Below are positions 50,845-62,390 of a stretch of 64,000 nucleotides of DNA, in pieces. The stretch's first letter is position 1. Each line of letters opens with the position of its first letter. The DNA lies in contig NW_005434615.1 in NCBI RefSeq assembly GCF_000315625.1, positions 6,852-70,851 on the forward strand, read 5' to 3'. The translations under genes and the position numbers were made by a program. The notes under the pieces are model-generated. The model was not told the DNA's origin, searched no databases, and worked only from the letters and a program-made list of their open reading frames with translations. The stretch is from Guillardia theta CCMP2712 (lineage: Eukaryota > Protista > Cryptophyta).

Positions 50845-53800
50845 GGGTAGGGTACTCACAAAGCAAAAATCGGGACAACTAATGTTAAATTCAACACATT
50901 TATCAGCTTTCTTTAAACTCTGAAAGTTTTCTGTGATTTTTATTGTTTTCACGTGTGAAAATCCAAATTGGGCCATTTGCACTCAACAGATCATGTTTAG
51001 CATGTCATCAAGACAGTGATTGATGCGAATATCTCCTCCATCACCATCATGCCAGGTGGCAGCTCATACTCAGCACGGCATCTCACAACCTCAACTCCTG
51101 ATTTCCTCGTAGCGAGACTCATCATTTCCAACATTCCACTTCCACATGAGGGCTTAACACACATGTATCAACTCAACAATGATTTCATTCAGGGACGAAC
51201 TGTACATGCTCTACACTACGTGCTCTGGAGCATGTCTGCATACGTCCTTTGTCCACTCTCCCTATTTCTATTTGCCTCTGCCTGATGGTCTTCAACTGCC
51301 AGCGACTTCTCAATGCTAACCTGCTGGCGATATTCCAGCAAGTGCTTGTAGTATGTGATGTATGAGTATTGCGAGTACCTCTTTCTCTGTGCCATCGTCG
51401 TCCATGCATCTTCTCCGTACGCCCTTTCCACCAGTGTACGGAACCCAATTCTGTAACACTGACAGAAGTTGTGAGACATAATTGCCTCGTTTCCTTGCAG
51501 TACTCCTTGCTCTCGGCATATGTTTTCCACCATGGTCATCACAAGATATGCTTTGTATACATTCTTCCTCGTGTTCTCATCCTTCACGTCTGCGGAGAAA
51601 GGAACCTGACTGAGGTGCTTTAAGGGCCGAATCCTCCTCACTTGTCCTTCCACGATGACATCTTGCCCCAAATTCCACCACATGAACATATTTCGAACTC
51701 TGCAACGCAAAGGAAATGGCCAACCCAACGGGATCATATGTCTGCCAGGCCCGCATCCTTCCCATTCGAAGTCATCCCCTCCAACTTGTATCTCACCGTT
51801 GCCATCATTCCCCTGTCCTTGTGATGAAACCAGAACCGCGTTCCTCTCCGGTGTCCCCTCCCTGCTCACTTCTGCACCTTCCTCCGATTCACTCTCATTC
51901 AATCTTCCATTCGAGCCAGCATCTGACATCACGTTGCTCACCCCATGTGCCATCATAACATGGCCTGCTCCACCCAGTACCATCTGTCGCATAGCTTCAC
52001 CCACGGCGGCCTGCACCTGCTCCCCTATATTGCCCATCTGCTGCACCTGTTGTCCTATATTGGCAAGTTGTTGCATGACGATGCGGAAAGCATCTGTGAA
52101 GTCCATGTTTCCAGATGTAACCTGCCCTCCACTAGGACCTGGTACATCCCTCCTCCATCCAGCAACAAAACCTAAATTCGTTCGCAGTTCCTCCCTGATT
52201 ACAGTTTTGAAATCGTCAAACTTCTGGTCCAGTTCTTTCATCTTCTCATCCATCTTCTTCTCGATTGCCTTCATCTTTACATCCATCTTCTCCTCGATTA
52301 CCTTCATCTCCTCCTTGATGGCATCTCGCACTTCAACCCTCATATCTTTCATGCCTTTCAATATTTCTGTCTTGGTTGGAGTACCACTAGCTGACATGCC
52401 GCAATGGGTACATCTGTGCGAACACACGATGATATGCTCTCGCAATGACATCAGCCTTGCCATACTGCCTTGTCCAAACATTCCGAACATCGGTATGCCC
52501 CATATGTCATCGTTGCTGTGCGGAAACCATTCCTGTAGGGTTGGAAGGTGCCATAAGACACTTGCAAGGAAGAAGCGGATACACTTTTGAAATCCTGCCG
52601 GGAAACTTCTGTAACCTGATATGAACCTCTCCCAGCCGATCTCTTCTATTTGCTTCAATCCTTCCGTTGTGAAGTGGGGGGGAAGTACAGCAAAGTCTGC
52701 GGTTCCGCTGTCGTTGCCAGCAAGAATCCTGCCTGCGAACTGGTCTCCACCCGTTTCACCAAGGATATAACGATCCTGCGTCTCTCCTGCCACAATTTTA
52801 CTTCTTATCCCTGTTCCGCGATTTCATAGCAGACATACCTATCTTCCAGTTGGCTCGGATATACACTGTTGGAGCTCCTGGCAACAGTCCTGTCACTAAC
52901 AATCGGCTGACAAACAGCAGTGCAAGTCGCACCGGGACCATCCATCATACCCAGCAAATGGGTGATTCCTCCCTTCCGCAATGAATGGGTCCCAGCATTG
53001 TCCAAGTTGCCATGCTGGTCCTTTGCAGCTTGAGATGCCATGCGTTGCATGAGCTGTGCATACCTCTGTTTCTGATCCCTCCCCATCAGCAGCTTGTTTC
53101 CCTCCCTGGCAAGGAAGATGCCTCGGGTGGCAAAGGTGTACAAAGCAAGAGTAAGGACTGGACATATTTCTGGATTGTGGGGTGCGGCAAACAAATGCTT
53201 GATCCTGGTGTTTTTCAAGTCAGTCCCAATCCCGGCTTGGTCTGTTTTGGTGCGCAAAAGTACTACTTTCATGTAATCATTCTCCCAATCAAAGTGCTGT
53301 AGATGCAAGATATCAAGGCTCTCACTCCCGCAGATGAGATTCCACATGAGACATGTGCATGTCCATCCAAATATCCACGTGTCTCCGGGTGCTGTGCTAC
53401 CTTGACGAGGTTTCTGGTTCCTAAACGTTCTGCACAGGCAGATATACTCATCCATTCTTATCCCCGTTCTGCCTTCATGAATGCGCATGACTCCTCGAGA
53501 TTTCTTCTCTGTAACTACTTTCGTGTACGACTCCATGCAACGGTCTAACACCTCGTCTATACACATTGCTGCTTCTCCTTCTGGCATGTCCCTGGCTACA
53601 AATTCCATGTGTCTACATTGGTACAGGTACTTCAACGCACTTTTGTAGCCTCGTATCGTAGACACGGCTACTGTCGGTTTGTCCGCTGCATTGGTTACAA
53701 AATTCACGTCTTGAATGCCAGTGAGTCCCACTACCAATTCAACATCATTGCTGGTGGTGCCTGCTTGTTCTTCAACGTCATCATCCATCTCGACATCATC

Positions 53801-54785
53801 ATGTTCATCTTCATATGAAGCATGCGCCTGTGATGGGCCTGCTTCATGCGCCTGTGATGGGCCTGCTTCATCTTCGGCTTCATCATCGACTTCAATGTGA
53901 TCGCCATTGATCTGCATGGTTGGGTGGGTGCCCTTCTTCATACGTTTCGCTTTTGATTGCTTGATCTTCTCCCTGACCCGCTCCTTTTGCGACAAATAAC
54001 CGAAGAATGCTACTAATGCATCGTATGGCAATGGCAAAACAAGGTCGTCCAAGGTTTCATTCAGAGCTGCATGATATCGTGGGTGAGACCTGAAGAAAGC
54101 TATGATAGCATGAATGCGGTATGCGTAGTTCCTCTGCGTACTGAGACTGACCACTTTTGACTGCAATTCTCGAAATGCCTGCATGTTCAAATCAGGTCCC
54201 CCTGAACCGATGACCCTGCGATCCTGGAAGACATGCAATAATTCTTCGTCGGTGCGAGCACTGACCCGCCGTTTATTCGAAGGTCTACTTTGAGTCACGG
54301 TGTTGTTATGGGCTCCTCGGTTGCATTGCCCACAATAGTTCATATCATCTGTGCCTTTCAGAGTACTAGCACAGAGATGATGGAAGGGTTTGTTGCAATA
54401 CTGGCAGACTTTCAACTGAGCCTCAGGTTGCCCTCGCATAACACATGAGGCTTCATACAAGCATGTCTGCCTAGCTGGTGCCGACATTCTTTGCCAGGAT
54501 GCAAATGTTCTCCCTGATATGGGTACTTGCGATTGTGGTGGAATCTGTTTGTCCTCGGCAATGCGACGAGGAATGATGCCCGGCAGTTTTCCCCTGGTTT
54601 GATCGCATAGATACAGCTCGCCTCAGAACTTTTACCTATATGACATCAAAGACAGCAATAGACCTGTAGATCAATCCAAGACTTCATCGGAATTTTGCGA
54701 GACCTGCGACCCGAAATAGAGAAAATGATGTGCTGAGCAAGCTACGAACATGTTCTGCTGAGTCTTCTGTGAGATTGAGGGTAGG
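50845..54785 (-). mobile_element. Crypton-type tyrosine-recombinase DNA transposon (boundaries inferred)
   Basis: Encodes an intron-containing tyrosine recombinase with no RT. Candidate 7-bp terminal direct repeats GGGTAGG at 50845-50851 and 54779-54785. Confidence 0.8.
51216..54487 (-). CDS. Crypton tyrosine recombinase (1,054 aa after splicing): PHD-like finger, YR domain, coiled coil and GCR1-like C-terminal domain
   Basis: Removing introns 52878-52932 and 52787-52838 gives GTHSLRKGGITHLLGMMDGPGAPTVYIRANWKIGETQDRYILGETGGDQFAGRILAG. Other motifs: GYKSALKYLY, KTDQAG, NPEICPVLTLALY. Confidence 0.9.
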
Positions 54786-54824
54786 AGGAGGAGGAGGAGG
54801 AGGAGGAGGAGGAGGAGGAGGAGG
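54783..54824. repeat. (GGA)n microsatellite
   Basis: Direct sequence. Confidence 0.95.
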
Positions 54825-55099
54825 GACAAGATCAAGAAGAGAGGGACCAGATGAGATGGAGGAGTGAGTAGCAGTATCGATGATGAGCAAAACTATCGTG
54901 ACGGGGAGGGCAATGAGGGTAGCCTGAGCGCTAGGACGATAGATGTAACATGGTCGGAATCAACAGGAGAGGGACGAGGCAGAGAGAAGGTCATCAAAAG
55001 AGCACGTCTTGTCAACTTTTAACGATGAATCACTCACTGCTTTGCGTTTACAGGTTCCTTCCTTCAACTGCCCTCCCTGATTGATCGCTTGAGGGCGCG

Positions 55100-56798
55100 A
55101 TGCCCTGGACATCGGAGAGGCCCAGCTCCACAGGAAGCAAGAGCAGGGAAAGCACCACGGTGACTGTGACGAAGAGGGTGGGCCTTGAGTCCCAACCACT
55201 CCTGGCTCAGGATGGTTCTGCTCTGCATTCCAAGGACCACGAGGGATACAACACGATCACCATGATGAAGCCTGAGAGAGACCCGATGAAGTCGGCTCAT
55301 CCCGTCATGATGCTGGAGTCCAGCAAGAATCCGTTGCATTCGATGAGCACAGAAGTTCAGCTTGTCTGTTTCTGCTCAGGGTGGGTAATGTTCTTAGAGG
55401 GGATCAACGGCATGTCGGGGTTGGCCACGAGCTACTTCTTTAAGGAGACTCTCAAGGTGGAGCTGCGGTCCTCTCATCCATAGGCTCCATCACCTCTCTT
55501 CCCTGGACGTGCAAGCCCTTGTACGGATTCATATCGGACGCATACCCGATCTGGGGGTATAGGAGGAAACCTTACCTCCTCATCGCGGGCATCCTGGGGA
55601 GCATCTCCTGGTTCCTCATGTCCAAGTACGTGACCACCGTCTTCCTTAGTGGCATCTGCATGACTCTCGGCTCGGGGGCCATCGCAGTGGCCAACGTGAT
55701 CGCCGAGGCGATGGTGTGTGAGAAGAGTCGAGGGGAGACGCAGGAGTACGCATCCAGGCTTCAGAGCATCATATACACGGGTCAAGCGGTTGGCTCGATC
55801 ATCGCTGCATGGACAGGAGGATATCTCTTGACGTTCATGTCTGATCGCCAGGTGTTCCTCTTGGTTGCAAGCTTCCCGCTGTCGTTGATTGTCATCGCAT
55901 TCATTGTTCCGGAAGAGAGATACCACGGGAACCATGTTAAGGAGCGAAGTGAAATCAACGACAAGCTGCTGCAGCTGTGGAACGCGTTCAAACAGCCGCA
56001 GATATGGAGGCCTTGCGCATTCATCTTCATGCTCAATGCCACACCGGCTACGGGAGCGACCTGGTTCTACTTCTACACTGACGTGCTCAAGTTTTCATCG
56101 GAGTTTCTCGGAACCATCGGCCTGGTCGGGTCATGTTTCACTCTCGCTGGAGTCTTTCTCTTTGACGCAACGATGCGCAAGGCGTCCTTCAGGCCTGTCT
56201 TTCTTTGGTCCACCATTGTCAGCACCATCCTCGGCCTCTCTCAGCTCATCCTCGTCTTCCGATATAACCTCGTCCTGGGCATCCCCGACTCGGTCTTCTG
56301 CTTGGGTGAGAGCGCCATCCTGTCCATCGTCGGGTGGATCTGTACGATGCCGGTGCTCGTTCTGGCCGCAAGGTTGTGCCCCGAGGGGATGGAGGGGACG
56401 ATGTACGCGCTGATCATGAGCATCAACAATCTCGGGGGGATCGTGGGTTCACAACTAGGGGCCGTCTTGACGACCTGGTACGTTTCTTGACCTCCCCCTC
56501 TGTACCTGAAGTCTGATTGCAGGTTGGGAGTGACTGAGCAGAATCTGGGCAACTTCTGGCTTCTGGTGCTGATCTGCAACTTGTCGACTTTTCTTCCTCT
56601 GGTAAGTCACTGCTAGTCGTCCTCCTTCAGCTGATCAGATCCCTACCCACAGCTTTTATCAATTGGATCCCCGAGGACGATCCTCAGGTGCTCGAGGAAA
56701 CCACCGCACAGGTGAACCTTGCTGTCGTGAGGAGATCGAACCCTCACGGTGTCCTCTCACAGGCATCGGAGGTGGACATCAAGAGCGGTCTCGTCTGA
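55100..56798 (+). CDS. BT1-family folate/biopterin transporter (MFS); apparent 1-nt frameshift at ~55463
   Basis: Motifs LPWTCKPLYGFISDAYPIWGYRRKPY, FYFYTDVLKFSSEFLG and LAARLCPEGMEGTMYALIMSINNLG. The start codon is uncertain. Confidence 0.9.
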
Positions 56799-56818
56799 TT
56801 TTGTTTCTCTCGACTTCC

Positions 56819-59277
56819 TTATTGTTTGTCTTTGAGGGCATTCCAGAATTTGTCCTTGAAACAGTTTTTTCTCCTCTCCGGGTTGAGGCTCAATAAATCG
56901 CCCACTGGCTTCCTGATCCTCAGTGACGCTCTCCCCTGTCTTCCTCATTCTCGTCCCCAGCTCTCCAGCGTCTGCATGGTTGAGCGAATCGCTTCCTCGC
57001 GCGAGTGCCAGTGCGAGTCACGAAACTGCCTATGCTCGTGTGCCCGGCTGCGATGAGAAGAATCTGGGACACGGAAGGCGCAGGTGAGGAGGTCCTCCGT
57101 CAGTGGAGCCTGACCGATCTCCATGGAAAGCTCGAGCTCAAGAGCACGCATCTCCTGCTCCTCGTCTCAGTTCCTCATCTTCGCATGCAAAGTCACCTCA
57201 AGGGCGTCGATCCTGTCGCTCAGCCACTCGTCGAACTCCTCGTCCTTATCATCCTCCGGAAACTGACGGGTAATCAGGAAGCGGAAGGGAGTAAAGAATG
57301 GGGCTTACAAGCTCGGCATGTTCTTCAGAGTTGAACGAATCGTCTTCCTCGGATGGCGCCTGACGTGACGATGGGACAGTACCATCATGCAAGCGACTGA
57401 TCCCAGCGAAGGTCATTCTCGATTCTTCCTGAGCTCTTGACAACCGCTCGTACAGGCTGGGCAGTCCTGCCTCCTCCTCCTCCTCCTCCTCCTCCTCCTC
57501 CCCCTCCCCCTCCCCCTCCCCCTCCTCCTCCTCCTCCTCCAACTGCACTGATTTGTGTACCACGTACTCGCCCATGAGCTGTTGTAGCTCCTGGAGCAGC
57601 GATTGATCCCTCTCCATACTCGCGCGCTCGATGCTCTTGATCTCGCGCGGGTCATGCCGGAGCTTGACTTCCTTGTGTTCAGAGATTACATATCGCATCT
57701 TCTGTGCTAGCTTCTGCGCAGTAGATGGCCTGTACTTCCGTCGCGTTTCCTGTTCACTAATTGAGGCTTCTTGTCTAGAGCGGCGCTTCTCAGATTTAGG
57801 TTGATCCTTCCCCTGCGAGGGCGTGAGATCCACACCCAACGTCTCATGCTCACACTTGACCTTCAAGGAGCGTTTCAAGGTGCTGTTCTGAACCCTCAAC
57901 TTGCCTATCTCCGTCCTGAGCTCGTTGATGAGGCTCTCCTTTGCATCCAGCATTACTACTGGTTTGTTCCGAATATTTTTTGCTCTGGAAACGAGAAAGA
58001 TTCACAGACTGCAAGCCCGACACAGGAGCTGACCTGCTAGCGAATTCCAGACTGCGCAGACTCTCTGAGAGATGGGCAGCAGAAGGCGAGCAGCACGCCA
58101 GCATGAGCGTCTTGGAATTCCCCCCCAGCGAGTGCATCAGCAACTTTGTCAACGTGCTGTCTCGATATGGCACCCTGAAGTTGCTGTTTTTGCGCGAGCT
58201 CTTGCTCAAAGCGTGAATCACCTTCCCCAAAGTGAACAGACTCTTGTTGATCTGGCTGCTCTCGACAAGCATCTGATCGTAGGAGATATGATAAAAAGAA
58301 GCTGGCTGACAAGGAGATTTACCTTTCCATTGGCCTTCGTATCTTTGTTTCTCTCGCTGCCAGCAAGGTCGATGAAGGAAACTCGTCCGTGACAGATCTG
58401 TGAAAGGCTGGAGTCCTCCGAGTCATCAACTCTCTTGTAGCATTTCACGTTGATCGTAAAGATACCTGTCAAGACAGTGAGCCCGAAACAGGGAGACCCT
58501 GACAAGAAGCTCACAATGACTTCTGTTTGACCTTTGATTCATCTCGTGGGTGCCGATCATGGTGTTCTTATATCCCTCGCAGAAGTACCGCATGACCTCT
58601 GCTTTCGTTGAACATTGGACTTCGCTTAGGTTCTGCACGTAGAAACCTTGGTGAGGGTTCCACTTGATCGGGAGGTGGTTGTTGGAGGGATTTAAAACGT
58701 CCCTCACTTGCTCATTGTAAACTTCGTAATAACTCACAAACACATCGAAGTTTCCCTCCTGGCGTCTCTTGATGGCGCTGAAGAGGAACTTGACAGAGCG
58801 AGATAGGAGCCCGTCGAGTTCGCTTGACTTCTTGTCAAGTTTGGGAATCACTGATTCATGTCCTATCAGGCTGTAAGTCTTTCCAGATCCCGTCTGTCCA
58901 TATGCGAAGCAGGTTGAAGAGAAGCCATCCAAGGCCGAGGCAAGCAGCGGACGGATACCACAGACGTCAAAGAAGTGACCTTGAGAAGCGTCTTGAGACA
59001 CACACACGTCCAACGTGTAACTCCTCGCCGTCCTCGCAGTTTTCCTCGAGCTCTCTTCATAGATCACTTGGATGGTCCTTGAGTCCCCCATGCATCTCAA
59101 TGCGATCGACGAAGCTCTCTCGATCTCTTCTGCCGTCAGCGATCTGATCCTCCCTACAACCCTGCGCATGATTTCATCCCACAGATAAGCACACAGCATG
59201 CGGAGTTTCAGCTACGATTAGCATCCGCACAACACAAACCTGATGTTCTCCTCTTCCGCATGAGGTCCGACTTGCAT
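56819..59277 (-). CDS. Kinesin motor protein (KIF12-like), multi-exon; ends approximate
   Basis: Motifs FAYGQTGSGKTY, NQRSNRSH, SFIDLAGSER, INKSLFTLGKVI and VPYRDSTLTKLL, then a coiled coil and poly-E tail. Confidence 0.92.
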
Positions 59278-59777
59278 GCTCGATCAACATGCTCCACAAG
59301 TCATCTCAATGATACATCTAAGACTCCCAGACCTGACGAATTGGAGCAAGTCAATGTCACTGTCAATCCAGTGCCCGGCTAACAAACAAGCTGTCGATCG
59401 CATTTTCTTTCGATCTACTCAGTTGTCGTCTTCATGGTTATCGTCTTCGTTCTTTGCCACACCTGTATCTACCTGACTGTGGACTTACTTGTCTTGCTGT
59501 TGCTACCTCCTTCCCTCTCACCTTCTCTCTTCTCCACTTACTTGTCTTGCTGTTGCTACCTCCTTTCCTCTCCCCTTCTCTCTTCTCCACTCCCCCTCTC
59601 ACTGCCATTTCCCGCTCTCTCGCCATTGCTGGTTTGTAACGAGGCGGGCTCGCTAGTATTAGCGAGCGCACATGCGCAGGCGATTCGGACTGGTAAAAGA
59701 TGCACAGCGAGGAGGAGGGGGGAGGGGGGAGGGGGGAAGAGAATGAGGAGGAGTTGGTGGTGTTGGCGGTGGTAGTG

Positions 59778-59915
59778 GAGGAGGAGGAGGAGGAGGAGGA
59801 GGAGGAGGAGGAAGGAGGAGGAGGAGGTGGTGGTGGTGGTGGTGGTGGAGGAGGAGGAGGAGGAGGAGGAGGAGGAGGAGGAGGAGGAGGTGGTGGTGGT
59901 GGTGGCGGTGGTGGG
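59778..59915. repeat. Compound (GGA)n/(GGT)n microsatellite
   Basis: Direct sequence. Confidence 0.95.
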
Positions 59916-59972
59916 TTACAAGGATCGGGGAAGTTGAATGAGGTTAAGCTGGGGCAAAGTTGAGGAAGGGAA

Positions 59973-60083
59973 GAGGATTGAAGAGCAAATGGAGTATTAC
60001 ATAAGGGAGGAGGATTGAAGAGCAAATGGAGTATTACATAAGGGAGGAGGATTGAAGAGCAAATGGAGTATTACATAAGGGAG
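59973..60083. repeat. 37-bp tandem repeat, 3 exact copies
   Basis: gaggattgaagagcaaatggagtattacataagggag at 59973, 60010 and 60047. Confidence 0.95.
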
Positions 60084-60133
60084 GGGGGGGTGGGTTTGTT
60101 GCGCGAGTGATCGCAAGTGACGATTCCTCACAG

Positions 60134-62390
60134 GCATTGTTCTTGAGTTCGGCGTTGTTGAGCTTCAGAAACTCTGTCCATGTCGACAGTGTAGTTGCCA
60201 ATGAAGTGTCCTTGCGTCTTTGCAGTCCGATGCACAAGCTGGCGTTTGTTCAGACATGTAGACTGCGAGGAGGGTCCTTCCCCTCCCTGTCCTCAGCACG
60301 AGGAGGTTTCTTCTTCTGCGTCGAGAATCCTCTCATCTCTGTTGGTTCAAAACGTTTGAAGACGGCCCAGCGCCAGAAGGTAACGGCCAAGGCCGAAACT
60401 GATACAGTCGAGTATGCCAACATCAACAGGTATCAACTTGACCTGCCTCCTTGCCCCTGCGGTTGTTCACTGACCCTCCACAGCCTGCAGACCGACGACT
60501 TCTCCTCCTACACTCCGAGAGGACCTGCTGTGTTCAAGGCAACCTTCTCCATGGAGGACCACGTGCAAGCAGCATGGAAACATTGGGAGAAACTCGGAAA
60601 CCCTAGGTGGATCATGGCGCCGATGGTTGATCAGAGTGAGCTTGCATTTCGGATGATGGTGAGGAGTTCTCCTTTTCCATCTTGTGCCCTTACTGCTTCG
60701 TTCTAAGGGGAGGAAGTACAATTGTGATCTCTGTTACACTCCCATGCTCCATAGTCGGATGTTTGTCAACAATGCCCATTACAGGAAGGACTACCTTCAA
60801 AGCTTTGAGAAAGATAGACCTCTCATCGTTCAGTTCTGTGCCAACAATCCGAACACCTTGCTCCAAGCTGCAAAATATGTCGAAGACTCTTGCGACGCGG
60901 TTGACCTGAATCTTGGTTGTCCGCAGGTATTCTTTCTGCTCTGGTGAAAGTCATGTGACCTATCTCCTAGGAGATCGCACGGAGGGGAAGATATGGATCA
61001 TTTCTGATGGAAGATTGGGACAGGATACATGATCTCGTGCTTACTATGAAACAAAGCTTGAAAGTTCCAATCTGGGCGAAGATACGACTGTTCCCAGAGA
61101 TCTCTCAGACGATCGAGTACGCCAAGATGATAGAAGCAGCAGGGGCATCGGCTATTGCCATTCATGGGAGGACAAGGAAGCAGAAAGGAAACAATCCAGG
61201 TTGAGAAAGTTTGAGCAGACCGATGTTGCTTACCTTGGCATGCAGGGCCAGCCAACTTGGATTCGATTCGAGAAGTTGCGAAACATCTTCGGGTACCGGT
61301 GATAGCCAACGGAAACATCAGAACTTTTGAGGAGGCTCAGGAATGTCTGAGAAAGACAGAATGCCATGCAGTCATGAGCGCGTGCGGGCTGCTTGTCACC
61401 CCCAACTTGTTCTCCGGTACGTGAGGGAACAGGTTGTGCCAGCACAAGGTGACCCGACCCCCACCAGGTGGCTTCATAGAACCGGTGGAGCTTGCAAGGG
61501 AGTACCTCGACTTCGCCGACCGGTTCTGTGCGCACCCCCGACAGGTGCTTGAGACCCCCTGTGCTGGGAGGACGCTGACGAGCAGCTCAGATTCGGTCGC
61601 ACATCTTTCAGATTCTCGTTCCTCAAATCCAACATCGAACCGACCTTCTTGATGACCTCGCTAACACCAAGATCCGACGTGGGGAGACCGCGGCACAGAC
61701 CTTCTGCCCTTTCTTGGAGAGAGTTCGCCATGAAACCGGAACCTTAGAGCAGGCCCGAGCGCAGCGGGCGATCCTAGAATCGACGCCCATTGGCCTTGGC
61801 AGCGACACCGAAGAGCTGTTGCTGCAGGAGCTTCAGGGTAGGCAACTCAACAAGGCTCAGTACCGGGCAGCCTTGAGGAAGCAGCGCCGAGAGATAAAAA
61901 AGCGAAGCGACGTGACAATCTCGGGGCTGCCGGTAAGGGAAGTTCAGTTGCAGCCTGGGGCCCTCGCAGATCCCTTCGCCCACTTCACTTGCTTCTATCA
62001 TCGTGTACCCGAGGAGGATCTTTATGGGGAGCAGACGCTGGAGCGCCTGATAGCAGCCGCGAACCTTGAGGAGGGCAGAAATGCCTTCATTGTGCGCCGC
62101 AGCAACAGCGACAGCAGGAGTGCAGTGAGCCTGACCTTCCGAGAGGGAGTGGAGTTTTATCACCGCAAGGTAGGGAGTGAGTGGTTCCTCGTCTCGATGG
62201 TGACTTGTCTTGTCAGATCAAGCGCGATGCAGACGATGGGGGCGCGGTTTGGAGGATGGAGTCTTTCGATGCGGAGGAAGACTTCTGGCAGGATGCCTCT
62301 TTGGACAATTTATTGCAAAAATTGGAGAAGTTGGGCTACTACGGTCTTCGCAACGATCTGATTCAACTTGAGCTGAATTCGCAGAGATGA
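60134..62390 (+). CDS. DUS1: tRNA-dihydrouridine synthase (DUS1-like) with C-terminal SH2-like domain; 5' end uncertain (first in-frame ATG at 60230)
   Basis: Motifs MAPMVDQSELAFR, DRPLIVQFCAN, VDLNLGCPQ, AIHGRTR and VIANGNI. The frame stays open from intron ~61545-61589 into FYH...AFIVRRSNS...AVSLTF...FYHRKI. Confidence 0.9.

Noticed and set aside
51655-52590. 311-aa plus-strand ORF inside the Crypton
   Set aside because: It is antisense to the recombinase C-terminal exon and has no recognisable motifs.
50800-54800. DIRS retroelement, prophage or virophage interpretation of the recombinase
   Set aside because: There is no RT/RNase H, capsid or ATPase gene and there are no long terminal repeats. 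The spliceosomal introns and motifs fit a Crypton.
59438-60025. Poly-Pro and poly-Gly/Glu ORFs
   Set aside because: They are translations of the (GGA)/(GGT) microsatellite with no other coding evidence.
59973-60083. 37-bp repeats as a CRISPR array
   Set aside because: The copies are directly adjacent with no spacers, no cas genes are present, and the context is eukaryotic.
13179-62390. Two TrmA-family methyltransferases plus DUS as an RNA-modification gene cluster
   Set aside because: They are tens of kb apart, separated by unrelated genes, and the methyltransferases belong to different subfamilies. Coincidence is sufficient.
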